64,000 bases of DNA from an uncultured Desulfatitalea sp. (lineage in GTDB: Bacteria > Desulfobacterota > Desulfobacteria > Desulfobacterales > Desulfosarcinaceae): assembly GCA_963668675.2 (NCBI GenBank), contig CAXXMB010000002.1, positions 1,376,001-1,440,000 on the forward strand, in the 5' to 3' direction. This document shows positions 20,775 through 29,000 of the stretch, piece by piece. The translations under genes and the position numbers were made by a program. Below the pieces are notes generated by a model. The model was not told the DNA's origin. It saw nothing but the letters and a program-made list of their open reading frames with translations, and searched no databases. Each line of letters starts with the position of its first letter. Within the stretch, counting starts at the first letter, position 1.

Positions 20775-22682
20775 ATGACCAACGCGTATGATCTGGCTTT
20801 TGAGCGTTCCATCAACGATCCGGAGGGCTACTGGGGTGAGGCGGCAGAGGATATCGTATGGATCAAACGATGGGATAAGGTGCTCGACGGCAGCAACCTT
20901 CCCTTTTACCGGTGGTTTGTGGGCGGCATGCTCAACACCTGTTACAATGCCGTGGACCATCATGTGGCCAGCGGAAGAGGAGACCAACCGGCCATCATCT
21001 ATGACAGCCCGGTCACCGACACCATCAGAACCATCACCTACAACCAACTGCAGGAGGAGACCTCAACCTTTGCCGGCGTCTTGAAAGCCCAGGGCGTAGA
21101 AAAGGGTGACCGCGTCATTATCTATATGCCCATGATCCCCGAAGCGGCCATCGCCATGCTGGCATGCGCCCGCATCGGCGCCGTCCATTCGGTCGTTTTC
21201 GGCGGTTTTGCCGCCAACGAACTGGCCACACGTATCGACGACGCCAAACCCAAAGTGATCGTTTCAGCCTCGTGCGGTATCGAGGTCCAACGGGTGATTC
21301 CCTATAAACCGCTGCTGGACGGCGCCATCGATCTGGCCAAATCCAAACCCCAGAAGTGCATCATCCTGCAGCGCCCCATGAGCCCAAGCGAATTGACTCC
21401 CGGTCGCGATCTGAGCTGGCAGGAGGCCATGGCCTCGGCCAAACCGGCCGATTGCGTGCCCGTCGCCGCCACAGACCCCCTGTATATCCTCTATACATCG
21501 GGAACAACCGGCCAACCCAAAGGCGTGGTTCGGGACAACGGCGGACATGCAGTGGCTCTGAAATGGAGCATGAAAAGCATCTACAACGTCGACGCCGGAG
21601 AGGTCTACTGGGCCGCTTCTGACGTGGGCTGGGTCGTGGGTCACTCCTACATCGTCTACGCCCCCCTGCTCAAAGGCTGCACCACCATTCTCTTCGAAGG
21701 CAAGCCGGTGGGCACACCCGACGCCGGCGTGTTCTGGCGGGTCATCGCTCAGCACAAGGTCAGCACGATGTTCACCGCGCCCACCGCCTTCAGGGCCATC
21801 AAGCGCGAAGACCCCAACGGCGACCTGATGAAAAATTATGACCTCTCCAATTTCCGTGCTCTCTTCCTGGCCGGCGAACGGCTCGACCCCGACACCCTGA
21901 AGTGGGCGCGTAACCATCTGGGCGTCCCGGTGATCGATCACTGGTGGCAGACCGAAACCGGCTGGGCCATCTGCGCCAATGCACTGGGCCTGCACGCCTT
22001 CGAAGTCAAGGAGGGCTCACCGACCAAACCGGCCCCAGGCTGGAACCTGCAGGTATTGGACCCTGAGACCAAACAGCCTGTAGCAGCCGGTGAGATCGGC
22101 GCATTGGTGGTCAAGCTGCCCCTGCCGCCGGGCACCCTGCCGACATTATGGAACAACGATGCCCGATATGTGGAATCCTATCTGGAGGAGTTCGAGGGCT
22201 ACTACAAGACCGCCGACGCCGGATTTATCGATGCGGACGGCTATGCCTATGTCATGTCGCGCACCGACGACATTATCAATGTCGCTGGTCACCGCCTCTC
22301 CACAGGTGCCATGGAGGAGGTGCTCTCCGACCATCCCGATGTGGCCGAGTGCGCCGTATTGGGGGTCGCTGACAACCTCAAAGGCCAAGTCCCGGTGGGC
22401 TTTCTGGTGCTCAAAGCCGGCGTCGAAAGGCCTCAAGCAGAGATCATCGGCGAGGTGGTACAAATGGTCCGCGATCGCATCGGACCGGTGGCCTCATTTA
22501 AAAAAGCCACCATCGTCAAACGCCTTCCCAAGACCCGCTCCGGAAAAATCCTGCGCGGCACCATCCAGAAAATCGCCGACAACAAAGAGTATAAAACCCC
22601 GGCCACCATCGATGATCCGGCCATTCTGGGAGAGATCGAAGAGGCGCTGAACACTATCGGCCTGGCGGGGTCCAGAGACTGA
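20775..22682 (+). CDS. prpE: Propionyl-CoA synthetase (acetate/propionate--CoA ligase family)
   Basis: YILYTSGTTGQPKGVVRDNGG, DHWWQTETG and LPKTRSGKILR motifs; RBS GAGGAGG. Confidence 0.88.
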   Translation: MTNAYDLAFERSINDPEGYWGEAAEDIVWIKRWDKVLDGSNLPFYRWFVGGMLNTCYNAVDHHVASGRGDQPAIIYDSPVTDTIRTITYNQLQEETSTFAGVLKAQGVEKGDRVIIYMPMIPEAAIAMLACARIGAVHSVVFGGFAANELATRIDDAKPKVIVSASCGIEVQRVIPYKPLLDGAIDLAKSKPQKCIILQRPMSPSELTPGRDLSWQEAMASAKPADCVPVAATDPLYILYTSGTTGQPKGVVRDNGGHAVALKWSMKSIYNVDAGEVYWAASDVGWVVGHSYIVYAPLLKGCTTILFEGKPVGTPDAGVFWRVIAQHKVSTMFTAPTAFRAIKREDPNGDLMKNYDLSNFRALFLAGERLDPDTLKWARNHLGVPVIDHWWQTETGWAICANALGLHAFEVKEGSPTKPAPGWNLQVLDPETKQPVAAGEIGALVVKLPLPPGTLPTLWNNDARYVESYLEEFEGYYKTADAGFIDADGYAYVMSRTDDIINVAGHRLSTGAMEEVLSDHPDVAECAVLGVADNLKGQVPVGFLVLKAGVERPQAEIIGEVVQMVRDRIGPVASFKKATIVKRLPKTRSGKILRGTIQKIADNKEYKTPATIDDPAILGEIEEALNTIGLAGSRD

Positions 22683-22708
22683 TCATAGAGAGTGTTGATT
22701 AAAACACG

Positions 22709-22739
22709 AGGGGAGGCGTAAATCGCCTCCCTTTTCTTT
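22709..22739 (+). terminator. Rho-independent terminator after prpE
   Basis: GGGAGGCG-TAAAT-CGCCTCCC followed by TTTTCTTT. Confidence 0.8.
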
Positions 22740-22984
22740 ATATCAGCTTAACCCGTTCAACTGCCCACCCCTTGTCGTCAATATGATTGGCTCAAACGGA
22801 TGTTACGGCGGGCATTACGCCCACTCCCTGCAAGGTTCGGGTAGGAATAGACCAAAGATAGTAGACAACCAATGGAGGGGTATGGGCCAAGCCAGCTATT
22901 TCAGCCGTTAGGACCAGGACTAATTCAATTCGGCTGCAGGCAATACCCAACTGAATCGACTGCCACTCAACTTGATCCAACCCA

Positions 22985-24625
22985 CTAAACAGAAGGACAA
23001 ATCGATTCAATCTGAAGTCGCTCATATGCATCGCTTGGTGCAAAGCAAAATGGATCTCTTGCCTTAAAAGGATCTAGGCCGAGACTATAGGTAACCGCCA
23101 GACATCCTCTGCAAACCGTTGAGAGGCGGCAGTCCGCGCACGCTTCGCCACCGCTTCGGTATCGCCTGGCCGCTTCGCTCTCATAAATCTCCAGCAGCCC
23201 GCTCTGCCGGATGTTTCCTATGGGTGAGGGGAACTTTCGACAGGCATGCACTTCACCATCTGAAAGCAGGGCGATAAAGTTGAACGCGGCACCGCAACCA
23301 TATCCGGTGCAACCGCCGAACAGGGGCATCCCCTTCTCTTCACGAATGATGTTGATCAAATTATCCTTCAGTCCCAACATAGGGTTCTTTTCAGCCTCTT
23401 GCGTATAGGACCTTAAGAAAGATTCGAATTGATCTCTGGTCGGCATCGACAAGTGCGCCCCCTCGCCCACTGCCGAAAGACGATTGAAATTGAAGGCATC
23501 GGCCCGATTCCCAAGCATGGCCGCCAGAGGCAGCACCTGATCCATATTGTCGCGCGTCAGGGTGAGCATCACCATACTGTATACATCCAGATCCTTCAGC
23601 AGGTCTAAAAAGCGCAACGATCTCTCAAAATGCCCTCTCCCGCGGATGTCATCGTTGTGATCTGCCAAGCCTTCCAGACTGATCTGGTAGTAGGAAGGTT
23701 TGGCGATATCAAAGAGAGGCGCCAGTTGTTCCCTGGATGCCGGATTGCCAAGAATGGCAAGTCCGAAGCCATAGTCGGCGGCCGCCTTGTAAATCTCGGG
23801 GAAGTAAGGGTAGAGCAGTGGATTGCCTCCGGTGAAGGTGACATGCCCGGCGACATGCATATTGCGGCAAAAGGCATAGAAGTCGTCGAGTACCCCCATG
23901 GCTGAATCGAGAGGCATTGACGGGCGTGAGCTGCGGTCGTAGCAGTGTTTGCAGTGCAGGTCGCACGCCTGGGTGATGTGCCATTGAAGGGTGAACGTCT
24001 CTGTCGAAACATACGGGGCCAAATCCTGCGGCAGGGGTGTTCTCGATTGGGGCAAGCGGGTAATACGCGATTCTGGCGCCAGCAGGAGGCCTTTTGAAAC
24101 GGCCCGATCGAGACTCGCCTGGATCTCCCCAACGGTCACATGACCGACAGCAGCAGCCTCGCGGGGTTCAACCTGTTCGACAGCTATCTTCACCGCCAAC
24201 AGATCGATATCGCCGGCCTCGCGAAGATGAATCTCCCCGGTGTGCGGATGTCGCCATATCAAGACATGAACAGGTGCCCTTTCCGGGAGTGGGCAGTTGT
24301 CCTGTAAACCAACCTCTATCAATGCCGCCAGATGTCGCCACGACACGGGGTAGATCCCCAAAGTAGGATTGACGACAATGGCCTCACCGGGCGATTCGAT
24401 CGGTGTCATGTCCATTTGTGCCTGATAACGAAGCCACTCGAGACGCGCCATATCGGGCATAAAATCAGGCAGATTCCATTTTTCTGCCAGAGATTGCAGC
24501 AGTTCAGGGAAACAGAAAGGATCTGACTTCTGATCCAATGCCGACCGTACCCTTCCCCAGGTGTGGATACCAAGGGTACGGCAGCAATTGGAATAGATCG
24601 TTTCGTATTGGTCCGTGATTCCCAC
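22985..24625 (-). CDS. sbtM: Radical SAM/SPASM peptide maturase, SbtM ('selenobiotic') type
   Basis: TLQWHITQACDLHCKHCYD (CxxxCxxC); SPASM Cys array GGCTGYGCGAAFNF...HACRKF...CADC...CRGC...DPFC; about 200-aa N-terminal extension (PDMARLEW...VNPTL) suggestive of a peptide-recognition domain; adjacent Sec-containing peptide. Confidence 0.88.
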   Translation of the reverse strand: MGITDQYETIYSNCCRTLGIHTWGRVRSALDQKSDPFCFPELLQSLAEKWNLPDFMPDMARLEWLRYQAQMDMTPIESPGEAIVVNPTLGIYPVSWRHLAALIEVGLQDNCPLPERAPVHVLIWRHPHTGEIHLREAGDIDLLAVKIAVEQVEPREAAAVGHVTVGEIQASLDRAVSKGLLLAPESRITRLPQSRTPLPQDLAPYVSTETFTLQWHITQACDLHCKHCYDRSSRPSMPLDSAMGVLDDFYAFCRNMHVAGHVTFTGGNPLLYPYFPEIYKAAADYGFGLAILGNPASREQLAPLFDIAKPSYYQISLEGLADHNDDIRGRGHFERSLRFLDLLKDLDVYSMVMLTLTRDNMDQVLPLAAMLGNRADAFNFNRLSAVGEGAHLSMPTRDQFESFLRSYTQEAEKNPMLGLKDNLINIIREEKGMPLFGGCTGYGCGAAFNFIALLSDGEVHACRKFPSPIGNIRQSGLLEIYESEAARRYRSGGEACADCRLSTVCRGCLAVTYSLGLDPFKARDPFCFAPSDAYERLQIESICPSV

Positions 24626-24675
24626 GATTACCCTTTATGAACATTAAAGCATGTGCGCAAACTGCGCACCGACGA

Positions 24676-24903
24676 TCAGCTTCAGCCACTCTTCCCGGGC
24701 TGTTTCTGTTCAGCCTCTTTTTCGGTGCCGCCGGCACCGGTGGTGTTGCCACTTCACCCGCTTTTGGAGCTACCTGCTCCAGGCTTGTCGCCACTTCAAG
24801 CGCTTTTGCCGCCTGAACAGGCACTGAGGGCGAAGGTGGACCCGGCGATCAGGCTGGCCATGCAAAAGCCGGCCAGAATCTTTTTAAGATCGCTACCATC
24901 CAT
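24676..24903 (-). CDS. sbtA: SbtA-type RiPP precursor selenopeptide, 75 aa, with three in-frame UGA (Sec36, Sec50, Sec74)
   Basis: RBS AGGAGGT, ATG 24903: MDGSDLKKILAGFCMASLIAGSTFALSACSGGKSA-U-SGDKPGAGSSKSG-U-SGNTTGAGGTEKEAEQKQPGKSG-U-S-stop(TGA). Absent from the ORF track. Confidence 0.85.
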
Positions 24904-25384
24904 GATAACCTCCTACCGGTTAAGGGTGTATCTCAAATGACCCCTGGGGTGGCCGTGTCGAATAAGCTGTGTAAAAACGCAATATTCAGGTGCCCGTTCC
25001 AACTTACCGGGGAGCTGGGCAATGCTCTGTCTGATAAACATCTGCCAAATTAGCCTGTGTGAACGGTGCATTAGAGCGAAACTACGAGGAGAAAAACAGA
25101 GAAGCCATTGGAAATTTCAATTGCTTGCGCCTTTGCATATTTTAAAAATATATCAAGCGCCCCTCCCCCTTGTCAATACGCTGCACAAACGGTAGGGCAT
25201 TTTAGCATATATGACGGCCATCGATTTGACGCTGCTTCTCTTCTTAAGCGCATCGCTGCTGATGTTCGCCTGTTTTGTAACCGAGGCTTTGGGGACGACG
25301 ATGATCTCCCTGGACGGGTCGAGCTGCATACGGGTGATCGCACCACTGACGAATGCATGCGGGGCCATTGATACGCTACCGCCT

Positions 25385-25414
25385 GCGCCTTGTCACCCTG
25401 CGCTGACAAGGCGC
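25385..25414. terminator. 11-bp hairpin downstream of the LuxR-family regulator
   Basis: GCGCCTTGTCA-N8-TGACAAGGCGC; no clear U tract. Confidence 0.45.
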
Positions 25415-25442
25415 CTTGGAGGCGATCCGGTAGAGGCCACTG

Positions 25443-26096
25443 TCAGCTCTCGACAGAGGTCAATCCCTCCCGAATGGCAAATTTGGTGAGCCCGGCCACA
25501 CTCTTGATATTGAGCTTTTCCATAATCTTGCTTCTTCGGGCCTCGACGGTCTTCACGCTGATGTGTAGATTTTCAGCAATATCTCTGGTTTTCTTGCCCT
25601 CGGAAATCAACTGAAGCACCTCCCGCTCCTTATCGGTGAGCAGTTCGACGGTGCTGGAAGCATCCGAGTCCATCATCTTCACAAACTCTTTCCTCACAAT
25701 TTCAGACACCTTCGGGCTCAGATAGGTCTGGTTGCGCATCACGGTCAGGATGGCTTTGGACAACTCTTCAAAGGCGCAATTTTTCAGCAGATAGCCAGAG
25801 ACGCCGGCCTGCAGCATACCCTTCACATAGCTGCGATCCGAGTACATGGAGAGGGCGATGATTTTGGTTTGAGGCAGTTCGGAGAGTATCTGTCTGGAGG
25901 CGTCGACACCGTTCAATTCCGGCATGTTAATATCCATAACCACCACATCGGGCTGGTGCTTGCGGGCCAGATTCACAGCCGCACGTCCGTTCTCGGCCTC
26001 GGCGATCACCTCGAAATGGTCCTTTTTATTGAGCAGCACTTTGAGGCCTTCCCGCGTAATACTATGGTCATCAGCGATTAAAATGCGAGTGCTCAT
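25443..26096 (-). CDS. NarL/LuxR-family response regulator
   Basis: ILIADDH, VVVMDINMP and GYLLK motifs; HTH LTDKEREVLQLISEG...ISVKTVE. Confidence 0.95.
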   Translation of the reverse strand: MSTRILIADDHSITREGLKVLLNKKDHFEVIAEAENGRAAVNLARKHQPDVVVMDINMPELNGVDASRQILSELPQTKIIALSMYSDRSYVKGMLQAGVSGYLLKNCAFEELSKAILTVMRNQTYLSPKVSEIVRKEFVKMMDSDASSTVELLTDKEREVLQLISEGKKTRDIAENLHISVKTVEARRSKIMEKLNIKSVAGLTKFAIREGLTSVES

Positions 26097-29000
26097 GAAC
26101 GTTCCTTTTTTTCAGGTTGCATCGGCGCAATCAGGGTCATGCGGGTACCTTCGCCCGGATGGCTAGCAATCTCCAAACTTCCCCCAATATGCTTAAACCG
26201 CTCCTGAATGGAGAAGAGGCCGAACCCGCCATCTTTTCGCATTGCTGTTCGCCCCTGGGCCGACGATGGCATGCCGATGCCGTCGTCGGAGATCTCGATA
26301 TGAATGGCATCGGACACCCGCTTCAGTGCCACCCAGGCATGGTGGGCATGGGCATGCTTCACAATATTGAACAATAGCTCACGTGTGGCCTGAAAAGCAA
26401 GCACCCGGGCGCTTTCGTCCAAAGGCTTGGGTTTGAGGTCGTCCAGGAAAGAGATTGAGATGCGGTACTGCTCCTGCATCTGATCGACCAGCCACTCGAC
26501 GGCTGCCTCCAGCCCCAGATCATACAGCACTGGTGGACTGAGCTCGAAGGTCAGCGACTGGGTGTCTTCGATCGACTGGTCGATGAATTGGGAGATGCGC
26601 TGCATCCGCTCGACGCCCGCACCCGCCTCCAACTCCTCATTGAGCGCCCCCAGCTCCATCTTCACGTTGGCCAGGGCATGCCCGATGCGGTCATGCAACT
26701 CGATGGCGATTCTCCGTCGCTCGCGCTCCTCGGTGAGCAGTAGCTCCGACGAAAGCGTGCGCAGCTTTTCGGACAGATCGATCAGGTCACGCTCTTTCTG
26801 GGTGACGTTTTGATAAAGTCTTGCATTCTCAATGGAGATGGCCGCCTGGGATGCGATCAAGCGCAAAATCTCGATGCGGTCCGGTGTGAAGGCGCCGGTC
26901 ACGATATTGTTCTCCAGGTATAGCATCGCCACCAGTTCTGACTGCCGCAGCACCGGCAGACAAAAAATCGACTTGGGCCGATATCTCATCACGTAAGGAT
27001 CGGTGCGATAATCGTTGTGGGTCTGGGCGTTGTCCACCACGACCGACTCCAGCGTGTGCTGGACGAAATGGATTCCCGACAGCAGCAGATCCTCCCGGTT
27101 CTGAACCGGCAAGGCCTGGTTGGTAATGCGTATCGGCCCTCCAACGCTGCTGCTGGCCTTCACCACCAGGCCATTCTCCTGTTTAAGAATAAACAGGACC
27201 CGTTGCGCCCCGGCATTTTCAACGACGATTCGCATCAATTTCTTCAGCAGCCGATCGAGGACAATTTCAGTGGAGATGGCCTGCAGTGCGCTGACCACAG
27301 TGGCGAAATCAAGCTGCCGCAATGCCGGCAGCCCGGGGGACTGCGCCATGCCCGACTGAAATTGGGGGTATTTGCGCCGCAGCATTTTGCTCTTGGCCAA
27401 CGCTCCCCATTTGAGATAGGCCGCATTGGCCTCCTGCAGAAAAACCTCGGCCAATGGCTGATATCCCTGCTTGAGGGCCACTTTGGCCGCCAGCTCGTAG
27501 GCCAACGCCGTCATTTGGGTAAACCCATTCTCCTGTGCCGAGGCAATGGCGTCCCGGAAAATTCCGAGAGCTCTGTCAAAGCGGCCGTCCACCTTGGCTT
27601 TTTCACCCCGCAGGATAAGCTGTTTGTGCTTGAAATTGGACGGATTCTCTGAAGCGAGAAGATCAAATCGTTTTTGAAAACGGCGAATTCTCCTCCGATA
27701 GCGCCGTCGCTGCTGCAGGGGCACCTGATCATACAGGGCAAGCAGTGTCATGCAACGGTAGAACCAATACTCTGAAATAACGATGGAGCCGGCATGAAAG
27801 CGAATCAGCTTTGAGGCGTGTATGGCCATTTTCAAGGCTTCGTCATACTCTCCCATGATGTAGAAAAGCTCCAGGCGAAGCAGGTAGTGCCTCAGAATGA
27901 TCATTTTGGTATTGTCCTGAAGCATATTCTGCAGGTGGAGCTGCTCCGAAAAGTCGCCATCATCCAAACTGGTCTGGTGCCTGGTCTCGCCCCTCAGGCA
28001 CTTGATCGTCTGACGCAAGGAGCGAAGATAGTTCATGCCGCCGCGATCCATGGACTGGGTAATGAAATCAGTATGGCGGTCACATGTTTTATCTACTTCT
28101 TCCAGAGGGGCACCACACGCGAAAGCATAGATAACAAGAGACTGAATGTGGTAAACGGCAAAATTGAGATCGCCAATCTCCATGGCACGCACCAGCCCGT
28201 TGCGATGTTGCATCATGCCCGACCGCAGCGGATGACGGTAGTAGCAGATCGCTGAACTGTAGTAGAAACTGATCTTTGCGCTGGACTCCATATGGCCGAG
28301 CTTCTCATTGGCATCAAGGGCCAGCCCTCCCAGATAACAGCCCAGCTCGATATCTTCAAATCGGGAGCAGAGGTAGGCACCGAATATGGCATAGCCGATG
28401 GAGGCGGCGGGAGAGTTGCCGTACTTCAGCGTCAAATCGAATATCTGAACCGCCAATGCCACGATCCAAGAGGGATTGAGGACATAAACGGAGAAAGAGA
28501 TATCCAGCAAAAACTTCATCACCAACCGCTCTTTGGTGTTGACGATCTCCGGAAGCGTTGCCAGGGAGATCATCTTGCGGCGCGAAAGCCGCCTTTTGAG
28601 TTTGACGATGCGGGCCTTTTGCGCATATCGGTTGCCGTGGATCGAAAAGGGGTGATCCAACAATGCCAGCCCTTCGAGTCCGACGGCGACAGCCTCCTTG
28701 TGGCGCCCCGAACTGGCAAGCATGATCATCTTGAAATTCATCAAGGCCGCCTTATCCAACGCAGAGTCAAGGCGCTCGGATAGAAAGTCGAAAAGGCGCT
28801 CGGCCTCATCGTAGCTGCCGTTGAGAAAGGCACACTCCATCTTTCCCCGGTGCAACCCCAACGCGAGCTCGTAATCATCCTCCCAAGGCCGGTCCGACAA
28901 AAGAGCGATGCCGGTGTTGAAGTAATTGACAGCCAGCTGGTATGCGGCCCCCTCCTTGGCCTTGCGGCCGGCGGCCAGGTAGAGCCAGGAGAATTCAGCC

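Noticed and set aside
22792..23043. 83-aa ORF downstream of sbtM as a RiPP accessory gene
   Set aside because: Overlaps the end of sbtM, has no RBS and no recognisable motif.
24504..24940. Track ORFs 24504-24824 (-) and 24653-24940 (+)
   Set aside because: Alternative frames over the Sec precursor, which has the RBS, repeated motif and hairpins.
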